This document shows positions 12,125 to 25,325 of a DNA stretch of 64,000 nucleotides, piece after piece. The position numbers were made by a program, and so were the translations under genes. Under the pieces are notes generated by a model. It was not told the DNA's origin and did not search any database. It was given only the letters and a program-made list of their open reading frames with translations. The stretch comes from Botryllus schlosseri (lineage: Eukaryota), in the NCBI GenBank assembly GCA_051294905.1, contig CM119384.1:3038001-3102000 (forward strand), written 5' to 3'. Each line of letters starts with the position of its first letter. Position 1 is the first letter of the stretch.

Positions 12125-15100
12125 TCACTTTGACTTCCTCGACTTGGATTTGCTTCCTGGGGATTTCGCTTTTATTATTGGAACTTTGTGCTTTACTGCA
12201 GTCTCCTTCATAGCCCCGGACATAGATTGAAGCTTAACACCCGATGCAGCTTGAGGCTTGCTGGCATCACCCGAAACAGCTTGTTGCTTGACAACCCCCG
12301 ATGCATCTTTAGGCTTGTCAGCCCTCGATACAGCTTGTGGCTTGACAACCCCCGATGTGGCTTGAGGCTTGTCAGCCCTCGATAAAACCTGGGGCTTGAC
12401 ATCCCTCCATACAATTTTAGGCTTGGCCGCCCTCGATGCTGCTTGCGGCTTCAGATCTCTCGATACAGGTTGAGACTTTACAGCCCCCAATGCAGCCTGG
12501 GTCTTGACATTCCTCGATACAGTTCGGGGTTTGACTGTCCCCGATGCTGTTTTGGGGTCCATGGCGCCAGACATAACTTGGGGCCTTATGGGGGGCGAAA
12601 TAGTTTCACAAAGACCACCTCGAAGCGATTCCCAGTCCGCTTCCCCTCTACGTGCACAATTTATGTTGGAATCGACCATGGCTATCAGGTATGCCAGTTC
12701 TGTATCGTCGAAATAGTCGGTGGCGTCCGCCATAGCCGCTTTGGCTTCGACCATGTCAGCGATGCCTTCCTCAACGTCGCCCAATTTAGCACGAAGAACG
12801 CCCTTCCACAATAACAGCCTCCCGTAGATTTTATACTTGGACGGGTTTGAAAGGTCACGCTTTATATCGATGATGGCTAGCTCAGCCTCCTGCAAGGCGC
12901 GCTCGTAAGTTTCCTCGACGCAGTAATTGGTGATCATCCCGTGATCGAAGCAAGCTTGGTCCACCGCATTCGTTTCGTTGTAAGACACCAGTTTTTTCTG
13001 CAGGTTGGAGCGCACACTGTTAAAGAATGTGATTAAAGGAAATCGTCGATCGAAATTATGTTTGATGACGAAGTAACCAATGCCGTCTACGCCGACAGTG
13101 AAGTCCCGAAGCTCTCTCACGTAGTGTTCCGCGCTCATGCCTTCGTTTTCGTACTTCTTCAGGAGGCCGCACAGCAGCAGAACGCCTCCTACACACCGCT
13201 GCGAGTGGACGTTGTGCCCGTGTCTCGGGAAGAAAAGGCTGGCCCAACGCTGTATCCGTTCGTTCGACAAATCGGAGTCGATCATATACATGTAAAGCGC
13301 CGCCATGTCGTCCATCCTATCGTTTCGTGTCTCGTCGCTTAGCAGCACAGAGCATTCCGCCATGAGTAGCAGGTCGTGGAGGTCGTCCTCACCTTGAATG
13401 CGGGACACTTTCTTTAGACACTTTCTCGCCGCCTCGTACTCGCCGCCCATGTAGTGGACCAGAGCCTCGCCTGGATGAAAACGAGATCGCTTGAACATTT
13501 TAGATATGCTGAAGAAATGGAAAGGGATGGCGTGTTTCGCACACATTGATCTCGCTGGAAAATCGGCGCAGTCATCTCCCGCCAGAAATTGGGCACATTG
13601 GGCCAAAACATAGTGTCCTATATGGTGTGGACACAGCGATACTGAACGGCTTACTACATTTGGGTTACGTCATACTTGCTATCTGACCAAAGGCAGCTTC
13701 ACGGCCCTTTTTAACCGGCTTGCCGAGCGCTAAATTCAATAAAACTGGTATCAATGGAAAGCTGCTGCTGTACTGATTATTAGCGATGGTGTGAACGTAA
13801 GGTTCACGTTCGCGTTCTGTGTGTGAACCTCAGTAATTTAGAGGTTCACGTTCACAAACGAACCTTGGTAGGTTCTGCACTGTGAACCTTTTTCATTTAT
13901 TACAATTTTCACTTCATTATAACACCTTATTTGGTGGAAATTTGTTGCACTCTATGCATAGCGCTGTTAGCATAAAAAATCAACATTAAACGAGCATGCA
14001 CCTTGACAATTTCAAAGATTTACTGGATTTCTTACAAAAGTTTGCTCGAAATATCCACTTCTCCGTTTGAGTATATTAATGACTCTTAGTTGTGAGCTTG
14101 ACCCGCAATCACTATCATACAACATCAATAGCGAAATACACTACATATGCGTAGTCAGCTAATGATGCTTATTCAACCAATCAATGGAATTGATATCGTT
14201 GTCTGATGTAAAAAATCTAGCATGCGTAAGGGGTCAATCTTGATTTCATATGTTTATTGTATCATAAAAACCAAATTCGTGCGATTGGGGTGTTGGCTTG
14301 TTGCTGTATAACTTATTGTTAATGGGTTAATGTCGGTAGCAAGTACAGACACCCTTGCAAGTCGTCATTGAAATGGTTGGCGAAGCAACGGAAGATATTG
14401 ATTTTATGGGATTATTATGTCATTTGATTGCCCAGTTGATACATTTGGCGACGTTTAAAACGCCAATATGTACTTCAGCATTGTGGCATTAAGGTGCCCG
14501 AGTCGCCGCTAGGTATCGTGTACTACTGTTCATTAATATGGGCTTTCAATTCACTGAAATGTAAGGTTGGAATTAACAATATGACGTCACGTGACGTCAT
14601 GAGGTTCACGTTCGCGTTCACACAGAACCTTTCAAAAAGGTTCGCGTTCACACGAACCTGAACCTTTCAGAGGTTCGCACCATCCCTACTGATTATGATA
14701 CTATACATTCTATTTCGCCCAAAATCAACCTTAAAATTTGCATTGTGATCTAGTTTTGGGATTGTGACGGAACTATTCTGTCTGGTAAAACGAGAGTGAA
14801 GCTAAGAAGAAAGAGCCAGACAGTACTGTTGCGTAGCAGGAAAAGAAATGACGTAGTTTATTTTTTGTCCTTGATGTTTTTTGCGGCATATACACCGACT
14901 CATGATACACATACACACGATCTGTGGATATGCATACCATGAGTGCATGATGTGCATATGCCGCTGGACAAGGAAGTGCAGATATAGCCTTTACGGCTTT
15001 CTAAGTCATGCACCACCCCTCCATGCTATCCTAGTAATGCATGAGCGCCAAGCAGGGAAGCCATGGATACCAGTGTTACTAATCAGGTTTTTGGTCTGAC

Positions 15101-18100
15101 CCGGCCGGGAATCGGACCCACGACCTACTATTTCAAGAAGCCGGACGCTTAACCATTACGCTATCTTGTCGGATGACAATGCCAACTAGATCACGATGCA
15201 AATTTCGAGGCTGATTTTGGCGGGTTCCCGGACAATGAACAGAATAAAATTTATATTTTCGTAATCAGTTCAGCAGCAGCTTTCCATTGATATCTGTTTC
15301 ATCGAATTTTGCGCTCGGCAAGCCGGTTAAAAATGGCCGCAAAGTTGCCTTTGGTCAAATGGAAAATCTGACGTAACCGAAATGCAGCGAGCCGTTCAAT
15401 GTCGCCGTGTCCGCACCTTATAGGACACTATGACCCGAATGGGCAATTACTTTATGTCCGCTAACTACATTATTATAACCAGACAACTTTGATGACATGA
15501 TGCATTTTCCTCTCGCATGGGTCAATATCTCACACTCTTAGCGAAAAGATTACGTATTCGCACCCTTGTACCACCTGTAATATACGGGTGTAAATATACA
15601 CCTGTGGTACAGTAGACCAGAACATACCTTCGACTATAGTTACACCACGGTAAATATCAATTACAACATTCGAAACCAAATGGTGCTTACAGGAAGTACA
15701 CCTACGAACGCTTATACTCTCTGCCAAGTACAACTTTATTCCAATTTTATAGATGCCATTTCCTGGTGCCAGACCTGAATCGCTAAAATAGTAAATCACA
15801 TTTTCACGGTGTTTCTGGAATGTCAGTCTGCAAGGTCGGTTCACTTTCAATCGGATAATTTCATCGGGTCAAAGAAGGCCTACTTAGAGAAATAGAATAG
15901 CCTTATAGATGCTGCGGCCCGCGGCGTCGCTAAAACATGGACATTGACCCGGAAGCACATTAAAGTTATGATTCCTTGTTTATAGTGTATGCCCGGCCTC
16001 GACATCCTGCAGAGCCGAAGCGCTACGGTACTCTGTGCCGAAATGCGTTAAAGCTCTTGCTCAATATTTACCAAAACAAGGACCGAACTATAAATTGTGT
16101 CAGTCTAACTACAGCTACCTCTGTAAACTGCGATAGCTACCTCTGTAAACTGCGATGAGATCTTGCTGTGCTTTTTGGGATCTCGTGCGCTTTTTCCTGG
16201 TCGCTTCGTGCGATTCTGTAACAACGTTGTAGTAATGAATACTTGATTGGATCGTGATAGCTCCGCAGCTCTTTTGCCATAAGAGATACCAGCCTGACAG
16301 CACTTAGGAATCGCTATACTTGGTTACTTACCGTCAGGCTCTGGACTAGCTGGATTAGCGCTTTGCTTCGGTACTTTGAATTGGCGCGTTAGAAATTTTG
16401 TCATCTCCTCCGGTATACTTTCAACGCTGTTTCTGTAAAATGTTATGCGTACGTTCGTAGTGGTACATGAAAATAACAATTATTCGGCCTGTCGACAGCC
16501 GGATCTATCAAACGCTGGTTTGATGATCACTATATTGATTCTCGTATATAAATCGATAGAAGCAGACGCAAAACAACCGAATTATAGTCAAATTTGAGCT
16601 CAAAATTTCAACACTCCGTTACAACAGGCATTACAAACATATAAATGCAGATGGAAAAGGACTCACGCGCTTTCCGTAGACGGAGTACCAGTATCGGTGG
16701 CTGAGGATAACTCTTCGACTTCGAGGTCACCTAAAAGTCACCGAATCGGAATCATGCATTCGTTTTCATTTCACGAAAATATAGAGAGGAGTCGAAACGA
16801 TCTACTGAAGTCGGTCAAACAAACACGCATCTTGACCACCTTCGATAGTAATAAACATCAAATATGTTAAGGCGTATGCATGCAAAATAAATACAAGAGC
16901 ACGACTGCACGAAATTGACATGTCACAAACGTCATCTTGATCAGATAATGCAGCAGAGGTTGCATTCATATTTTTCAGCAGGGTAGACGCAATACATACT
17001 ATGAAAGCCAGTGAAATGATGTAATGCCGACTTGATTACTGCTCAAATCGCAGCTTGTGTGCCAACTAATAGCGATAATAATATTAGCTCACAAGAATCG
17101 CGAAGCCGTAGAATTTTGGTGTCAGTTTTGTGGAGCAGATTCCAATCCAAGCTAGACTTCCATAGCATCATAGCAGTGTTGGGATGACTCGAGTCATGAC
17201 TTGACTCGAGTCAGACTCGAGTCAACATTTTCGTATGACTTGACTTGACTCGAGTCACTTTGCAAAAATGACTTGACTTGACTTGACTCGGCGCTTCAGA
17301 AATGTCAATTGACTCGTGACTCGGAGCAAAATTTACGAGTCAATTTCAAGTCATCAATTAAACGGTGTCGATTAAATCGTCCTTTTTTTATGCATGTTCG
17401 GATTGTTCGTGATACGCCGATGTCACTGGTGAGGGCAACCAGTCATTTACTGATTGAAAATTGACCGCAAACGAAACGATCACAACTTCCGTTGTTGTCG
17501 TAGCAGTAGTAGACTAACCCAATAGCAACGTATCTTTGTTTCTCAGTGCTCAGTACGCAGTGCTCCCCTTTACCAACACTCTGGTATAATTTAAATCGAA
17601 CGAACATCGTTTATGTGTTTATATTCTCGCAGGTGTGTAGATGGGTAGTGTATGCTACTGTAACATATCAATTTGTTACGACTTCGAGGCTTCGTACTCG
17701 ATCCTCTATTTTGGTTGATAATAACATACTGTAACATGTATCTATACGCAGCAGTTACTCAAGTATTTTACTAGCAGCTCTAGTGTGCGTGAGCGATAAA
17801 ACGCCTTTTTGCATGTATATTTAACTTTATATTTGTAATTTGATGCAACAAAAATGTCCAATTAATCTGTCTTTCACTCTGCTAGCAAAATTTAATCACT
17901 TTGCATTATCACTCATACTTCGAAAATCCAATTTGACTGGAATCGTGACTTGACTCGTGACTTGACTTGACTCGACTTGACTCGAGTCACCTCCAAAAAA
18001 CGAGTGACTTGACTTGACTCGAGTCATCTTCGAAAATCGATTGACTTGACTTGACTCGAGTCAAAATGTGCAATGACTCGAGATGACTCGTGACTCGAAG

Positions 18101-18872
18101 GTAGTGACTTGATCCCAACACTGCATCATAGTATTAGTATCAATTTATTTGTAATTTCATCATTTCAGAACGCCACAAGACTGCGATATAATGCAAAAAA
18201 GGAACGTGCCGAAACGACTTAGAGTAGTCCTTGAAATCAGACACACGCCTGGGCCTAGGTGATGTAAAGAAGAGGCATGTACACTAAATAAAAAGAGAAA
18301 TAATATCATTGAAGGACAATCCACCAAATCACGACGAACACCATAAGCATGATATAGGTACTTACTATCCGTCCGGTTAGGTGGCAACACCAGACGCATC
18401 GGAGATGGAATAATGAACGAGACCGATCTCTTCATTGCTGGCCTTCAAAAATGGTAATTTCTTATGTAGTATTGGAAAGACATGGTGAATCATATCGCAC
18501 GGATAGTAACCAGTACCCTAAGAGCATCGACAGTTACACAACAATTTGAAATATGAACGTTAACGTCTACGCGTGCTCTAGATCAGTGGTTCTAAACCAT
18601 GGTTCCCACGAGAAAATCGTGCTCTCAAAGATGTTTTTCTTTCAAAACTGTTTTCGATGCTCAGCTTATTTTTGCACCGGTAAGTTGAGTATTATACTCG
18701 TAATGGGATAGATTTTTTGTAACTAAGCCACTGTTTCCAACCATAGACAGTTTTACCACTAGAAGCCGCTGTTCGATAAATACTGTCCGAAGCGGTGGAG
18801 ATACAATATAGGTTTGTCCACGATTTCCGTCACTTTTCTGAATTCTCACCTTTCCTCACCGCCGGAGGCCAT
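12125..18872 (-). CDS. Paralogue 1 of an unrecognised TPR-like protein family (about 561 aa predicted)
   Basis: Coding exons 18872-18850 (MASGGEE), 18442-18366 (..FIIPSPMRLVLPP..), 16730-16667, 16432-16332 (..PEEMTKFLTRQ..), 16215-16141 (..DLIAVYR) and 13470-12125. All AG/GT, phases 2,1,2,1,1, total 1686 nt with no internal stop. AATAAA at 12077-12082. Confidence 0.85.
12190..12570 (-). repeat. Coding minisatellite, 27-bp unit (9-aa KPQAVSRAD-like repeat)
   Basis: About 14 degenerate units in the paralogue 1 tail. Confidence 0.85.
13781..14688 (+). mobile_element. hAT MITE, TAGGGATGGTG family
   Basis: TIR tagcgatggtg / caccatcccta, gtgaac/gttcac subterminal repeats, perfect TSD ctgattat. 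Confidence 0.9.
14885..15175 (-). mobile_element. tRNA-derived SINE (MetaSINE-like core)
   Basis: Reverse strand: A-box taatggttaag, B-box ggtccgattccc, then ggccgggtcagaccaaaa...ggta...ccctgcttggcgctca, resembling the metazoan MetaSINE central domain (from memory). Homologous to 39268-39530. Confidence 0.7.
17174..18123 (+). mobile_element. hAT MITE with GACTC subterminal repeats
   Basis: TIR cagtgttggga / tcccaacactg, perfect TSD catcatag. Confidence 0.9.
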
Positions 18873-19199
18873 CTTAGGCGCAACAAAAAAGCTATAAACG
18901 TATGAATCAACTATATAAAATACAAAAAAATGTTAACAAGAATTCACGTCTACGCTGACGCATGTTATAAAGTTAAGTCTTATCAAATTTTCAGTTGAGC
19001 CTGCATGCTCCACTAAACATTGTCAGTAAAGTTAACACCCATGCACCTAAAAGGTAGGAAATAGTATTGGCTGTATAGTGGCAGGTTACTACGAGATTAC
19101 CATGAGATATTACGAGCACAGGCTTTACGATATTCTCGCGCTATTGCTTGGCTATACAAAATTCGCTGCTCTATCGTTGGAGAGAATCATTAGCGCAAA

Positions 19200-19640
19200 T
19201 CTACAACGATCAGAGGTATATTGAGATTGAGTGAATCTGTGCATTGAAACTTCGAAACACGGGGACAGCAGATGCAAGTCAAGACCTGCATGGTAATGCT
19301 CAAAGATTTGGTTACCTGCCTTTATCTACCATATTACGTCAGCAGGACCCCTCTACTACACTATATCGGCACATTGCAACAGACATGCGGATGATATGCC
19401 TATATAAAGAAACAAACGTTGATTTCAACATCTCATTCCTGTCCCACCGCTACGCACTGAACTCTTGACGTGAAACCATCGCGAATCACTCAAACCAAAT
19501 GCGGCCAGACAAATCGAAATAATTATTAGCGTCCGATCTCCGCAAATGCGACGTTGAAAACTCAATTATTGCTTTTCGCTACAGCAGACGTCTTTTAAGA
19601 CAGCAGACAAAATAGCCAATCGCAAGGCGTTCATATTCTA
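19200..19640. promoter_or_regulatory. Conserved upstream block of paralogue 1 (putative promoter / 5' UTR exon region)
   Basis: Homologous to 38350-38820 and 62880-63400 (tgaatctg/atggatt..aaacttcg; cactatatc.gcaca; aaactcaattattgc..tacag). Contains an aligned minus-strand donor-like site near 19315. Confidence 0.55.
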
Positions 19641-19744
19641 TGTAAATTATACTATGAGAAGAGGAGGAAGAATGCAGCATATTTTCGTCGGGATCATCGA
19701 AGTGGTTGTAGGATGAAGACGCGAAGAAACCGTCCGTTTGCCGA

Positions 19745-19830
19745 GCCACGGATATCGACGTTTTGATCTGACCGGGCCGGGGATTGAACCGAAGGCTTAT
19801 CGATCAAGTAGCTGGATGCTCGTAGCGCAA
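19745..19830 (-). mobile_element. SINE head fragment
   Basis: Reverse strand ggttcaatcccggcccggtcagatcaaaa matches the SINE copies at 14885 and 39268. Confidence 0.55.
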
Positions 19831-20003
19831 AAAGAGAAATTTTATTGCTTACTCAACCGGAACGTTAACAACAAATGAGATAAGTATGTAAAATACTCGA
19901 AAACACAAATACACCGACAATAATATTAGCGATTGGAGATCCCCGTTATCGTCCAACCATGAAAGGTGTATATCTCGTAACCGAGAGACATCATGTTGTA
20001 GAG

Positions 20004-21118
20004 CAGCGGTTCTCAACCTTTTTTGACACGCGCCCCCCTTGGCGATTGTCAAAAAATCGCTCACCCTGACCCCCCCTGACATTTATCGTCATGTCAAAAA
20101 GAGCACATCATCTAATACAGAGGTGGGCAACCTTCTTCCTAATCATGGCCACATTTCGATTACTTATGAAGCCTAAGGCCGCATTCCGGGCATAGCCGCA
20201 ATGAACGATCTGGTAAACTGTCCATATCCATTCCCGGTGAACTCCGGACTATTCTACTTTTCACAACGGCCTATTGTACGCACCGAAATCGCGAGTGGCA
20301 ATATTATGAATAGTAGCTGGGAGGGCATATTGTCGCGCGGAGCGCGAAAACTTTTCAGAGCCGCGAATGAATCGTTATTTCTTGAGGATTCCCATTCCTG
20401 TTCCAAGTAAGAAGGGCGCTACTGCAATAAAATCGAATAATGAAGTCTTGTTGAATTGCGCATAGCGCGAAGAAAATTTCAAGATTAAATAAAATCTCTC
20501 GAAAATTCGGGAGTGAATTCGTAATTGCAATTTGCATGTTTACGGCTGCCAACACAAACTAATTGAATTAGGTGTCGACGGCCGCACAAATTCCCTTCTA
20601 CGGAGTCATTGCTGATAGTGACTACAGAGAGCACGGCGTCCTTCTGTCATGCCATGCTAAATTTGATGAGTTTTGGAAATGAATTAAATTGTGTTGATTT
20701 ATAGCCAAATTGAGGGCGAAACCGGGTAACCTATATTGCATCTAAGTCTGTCTTAGGCAGTGCAGTTCGCCAGCTATCAACAACAGCTACCTATAGCGCA
20801 CAGAGATTTAGGCTGCTGCCAAAGCTATAAAGTAATGAATGACTTGCACGTAGGAATTTCTCTAAATCTTCAAAGAATATCAAAAATTTGCTCAAATGAA
20901 GTTGAAGTCAGCCTATACTCCGTTGAGCGCGACTGCTGGATTTTGAGTTTGTCAAGCTTTCTAGAATATGAACTAAGTTTTATCATCAATAATCGTCTCT
21001 CCAGAATAGTTGTGAAACACATGTTTAGTACCAATTTATACAGACATTGACAAAATTGACAAAAATTTCTCGCGCCCCCCCTGAGAGCCTCCCGCGCCCC
21101 CCAGGTTGAGAACCCCTG
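20004..21118. mobile_element. hAT MITE with an internal second MITE end
   Basis: TIR cagcggttctcaacc / ggttgagaacccctg; TSD ttgtagag / ttctagag (7/8); cagaggtgggcaacc at 20119. Confidence 0.75.
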
Positions 21119-22473
21119 TTCTAGAGTAATTTGCCTCTAGTATAAAACTACTGATTCTCTCGAATCAGTAGACTCATTTGCTAAACCTACTTGTAACAAC
21201 GTCTGAAATATATTCGTATGTGCTGTGTAATATTGGCGTGTTAAGAAGATCTCACCAGGATACAGGATTCCAGGTTAAGTAGTCAGCCAGCTAAACCTAT
21301 AATACTTTGGTTAGCTATACTTCTACAACCAGGAACAATATACCCTATAACGTTGCAGTACTAACTATAACCAATGTTCCCTCTAATTTCTTACGAGTGT
21401 GCGCATACTCACCAACTCACTGCGTGGTCGCTTGGACAACAGTGCGTCATGACTAAAAAAAGGTCATCACTTCGGATTTTTTGTGCGCGGCTTAGATTTT
21501 TCTTTGCTCAGACGCAGTGTCAGCACTACGCAATTGCGCACGTGCGCAGCTTAGAGGGAGCATTGCCTATAACTGTAACAAATGTAGACTGGTGCCGGCG
21601 ATATGATCCTACCTCAACCCAGAATCCAGGAGAATATAAGCAAGCATATATGCTATATGAATATACACTAACACTAGTTCCAACCTTTGTTAACTCTTGG
21701 GCCTTGAAATCCCCTATTAAAAAGAGTGTGGTGTCTAAAAAGGTTCGCTACCGATACGTATAGCTCGCTAAGACACATGTTCACTTGTTCAGTCGTTTCG
21801 GATGCGGACCGCATTACAATTTGCTAAGGTACCACTAGGCACTTCCGTCTCACACATTGAAATGGACACTGCACTCTAAATATGCGGTTTCATATTAAGG
21901 ATGGAAGTGTGAAAGAGATTCTGCCAGCTGTGAGCTCCTTCAGGAAGTGAATATATTCGGCTTTATATCTCCGTGATATCACGGTCACTCGTCATCGTTT
22001 AGCCCTTTGCGAAATTTCAGGCAAAGATTTGTTGACTGTTGCACTTCCTCGAAGTGACACCATTATCAGTCCTATTTGTTCAGCGGTAGTTACGTGATGC
22101 GTCACTCACCTTACACCCACTTGACGCAGCAGCACAGGCTCTCATTTGAACTCACGCGCTAATTTGCCCGGGCGCCAGAAATCAGCAAGATACCTTAATC
22201 CCTCACAGGCCTAGAGTGCTTGTTCTCTTACCTTGAGAAAATAAAGACGAACTATACGCAATCCGCTCTGGCAACAGGTATTCGACACAGAGTATCTTTT
22301 ATTGCAATGGCGAAATAGCGCCTGTATCACGGTAGCTGGATACGTTTTCGAAGTTTCGCTTATTTGAAGCGTCATCAAATCATTTTTCGTTAGCCGTCAG
22401 GATGCATCTTGCGAGCTCGAACGTAGCCACTTCCGCCGAACTGCTAAAATTACGCGACCCCGCGATCATCCAC

Positions 22474-23863
22474 CAGACTTGTACAAACTAAACATTTAGT
22501 TAGTTGACGGTCAACTAACTAACAGTTTTTTGAGTAGTTCTAGTTCTAGTTGTAGTTGCGGATTTTGAAAATTGCGTAGTTCTAGTTCTAGTTGTAGTTG
22601 CGGATTTTGAAAATTGCGTAGTTCTAGTTCTAGTTGTAGTTGGAGATTTTGAAAATTCAGTAGTTCTAGTTCCAGTTTTAGTTGCGCATTTCAAAAAAAT
22701 ATTAGTTGCCGATCAACTAGAAAACACTCGTGTGTCCTGCGTGATGAGAACTCTCCTCGCGTGACAAGTGAGGCTACTGCGGGTTACTGATGTGATCATG
22801 ACAAAGGATCAATGCTCATTGTTGGATCATAGTTAATACATTGATTATGCCGAGTTTACTGATAACTCGGCAAATTTACAACAATCGACAGTCCGCAGCG
22901 ACACGCGATCTCCCGCTGAGGTTGTTTACTAATTGGAATGTGAACTAGTGATCTACTGCTGTGCGTTGGCGAGTATTATCTCGGAACTAAGCTGTCGCAT
23001 CTGTTGAACTTACGAGATTTGATTCGTGATGATGATGCCGACCATGCCTGCCCAGGCACAAAGAGAAGACGATCTGGATTCGCCCAAGGTATCTTTACAA
23101 AGGAAATTGCATAAATTGCCTGGGTCGTCTCCTACTGGCTCTCCAACGCACAAGAAACCGAGACTCTCACTCTTCAACTTTCTACCTCAAAGTCAGTGTC
23201 GTCCTCTTGAAGTTAAAATCAGGCCCGTCTGAGGTGAAAAAGTATGCCAGGGAACAGCGACTACCCCTGGATCAGAATGTGCTAAACTGTTGGCGGAATA
23301 TGACCGACTTGCCAGAATTACGAAACTTGGCGAAATTTTCTTGGGATGACTGCGACATCTGCGCCCAGTGAAAGGGGCTTTCTCGCATGCTGGGATTTTG
23401 TATTCCCCAAAGAGGGCAAAACTCAACGAAAAAAACATTTTCGCGACTCATGTTGATTCGCTGCAATCAGCAACAGCTGCAGAAAATGGTTTAGTTTATC
23501 CTGTACTGATTACAGAATAGTTCTGTCTGTCTGATTTTTCAGTAATTTCGCTGTACCGACGCTCATGTGGAAAGCTGGAACGCCGAATTCGAATAAAATA
23601 AAAATGAATGAGTTGATTGAGAATTATATTTAGTTAGTTGTGTCTTAGTTAGTTAGTTGCCGATATTTAAATTTCGTTAGTTCTAGTTATAGTTCTAGTT
23701 GCGAGTTTTGAAAATTGAGTAGTTCTAGTTCTAGTTCTAGTTGCAGGATTTGAAAATTGGGTAGTTCTAGTTCTAGTTGTAGTTGCGAGTCTTAAAATTT
23801 GAGTAGTTTTAGTTCTAGTTCTAGTTGCGCTTTTGTGAAAATTCAGTAGTTTGTACAAGTCTG
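22474..23863 (+). mobile_element. Internally deleted hAT transposon with a dimerisation-domain relic
   Basis: 17-bp TIR cagacttgtacaaacta, perfect TSD tcatccac, agttct subterminal arrays. 23270-23470 translates with frameshifts to ..CWRNMTDLPELRNLAK..LGMTATSAPSER.FSHAGILYSPKRAKL.., the hAT C-terminal dimerisation motif. Confidence 0.9.
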
Positions 23864-24039
23864 TCATCCACTCTTTAAAATTTCATAGCCCACTCAAGCT
23901 TAGTTCTCACACCTCTATTTTCTACTCGCACTCAAAGTATCTTTGACATGTCTTCCATATCAGTAGTTCTAAATTCTACTTGTAATTGGGTCAAAATTTA
24001 TGACGTAGTGACTACCCTCGCCAAGAAAATAGAGAATTA

Positions 24040-25325
24040 CGTTATCATTCAGGTGATTTATTTACCTAAAAAACGAAAGATTTTGACCGAAGAAAATCAA
24101 CATTTGACATTTTCTGCCCATAAAAGATATCAATTGACCAAATTTTGACCTAACGTATGCAAATTAGGTGTTTTCCCCAGAAAATGTTGTAATTGTACTG
24201 CTAATCTTCATTTCTGGCTGGAACTGTTTGTCCTTACGGAGTAGTTTATCCTTAAAAAACTTGTTTGACTCAAAAACCGACATATTTTTACATGGAAAAA
24301 CTTTGTTTTAACGAAATATGATCCTATGAAGAATTTCAGTAGTTACAACACGTCACTGCAGTTGTGCGAACTCTGCTGGTGACACACCGTGTTCCTCATC
24401 CTGACAATGGTGTCTACATTACAGTTTTTCATCATGCGCTTCTTGGTATAAGAACAGTACAATGCCCAGGTAGTGTCGTTTTGAACGTGTCGTCACGTAT
24501 CCTATGTCAACCCATGTTTCATTTGAATGTTTATGATTCACAATGACAGGGTTGTAATGACTCGAGTCATGACTCAACTCGAGTCCGACTCGAATCATGA
24601 TTTTCTGATGACTGACTTGACTCGAGTCATTTTATCAAAATACGGAATTGACTCGACTCGACTCGAGTCAATTTGTGTACTGACTCGACTTGGACTGGAG
24701 TCATTGCGCATGACTCGCGACTCAGACGGCCAAGACCGACATTTCATTGCAATTTCGAAGAATAGTAAAGTAACCCCGCTATTGGGATTTCGTGTATTGG
24801 TACTAGTACTTGAAAATGCGACCTGAAACTTCTAAAATTGAGGCAACTTATTATATTATAATTGCGAATCATTCGATATCACCAAGTAGAGTTGTAAAAA
24901 GTGGGTTTAACAAGACTTTACCTGGAAACTGAGCAGTCAACACAATGACTTGGACTCGGACTCGAGTCATAATACCATGACTCAGACTCGTCCCTCTGCT
25001 CGCTGACTTGGACTCGGACTTGACTCGATGGTGAATTGAAAATGACTCGACCTGACTCGAGTCAAAACTATAAAGGTGGGATTGACTTGTGACTCGAAAC
25101 CTTGTGACCCTGCACAACCCTGCACAATGAGCAGACAATGGGCCGTCTACAACGGCAGGCCTATAAACTAGGCTACAAGCTGTAAAATGTCAAATGATAT
25201 GATAGCCGACAGTGCAAAATCTATGATACAAACGAAATGCAGGTTGCAAGAGAGTTTTGACTTCGTAAACAGTTTTGACATTTGACCTAACGCAAAATTT
25301 TGACTTTTTTTGACATGTCAAAAAC
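24040..25325. mobile_element. Second copy of the 10834-11683 family, interrupted by an insertion
   Basis: Colinear with about 10850-11670 on both sides of 24547-25122; ends approximate. Confidence 0.7.
24547..25122 (+). mobile_element. hAT MITE (cagggttgt termini, GACTC repeats)
   Basis: TIR cagggttgt / acaaccctg; perfect TSD cacaatga, which is present once in the uninterrupted copy near 11464. Confidence 0.9.

Larger units (their letters stand above)
13609..15432. mobile_element. Old foldback element (catagtgtcc termini) with a nested hAT MITE and SINE
   Basis: Inverted termini catagtgtcctatatggtgtggacac / gtgtccgcaccttataggacactatg with long inverted arms; no recognisable TSD. Confidence 0.75.

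Noticed and set aside
13471-13606. N-terminal 45 aa of ORF 12125..13606 (MAQCAQF...)
   Set aside because: A canonical acceptor (tttcatccag) sits immediately before GEAL in all three paralogues, and the upstream extensions are unrelated to each other, so they are intronic.
15980-16040. Extra exon between exons 5 and 6 (cgcttcggct block shared with about 27920-27960)
   Set aside because: The acceptor AG is not conserved in paralogue 2, and exon 5 already joins exon 6 in frame to complete a TPR.
22500-23830. Regular short repeats (agttct, gactc, ggtat, ttagaa, gtgaac) as possible CRISPR arrays or telomeric repeats
   Set aside because: No constant repeat with unique spacers; most are subterminal arrays within TSD-bounded hAT elements.
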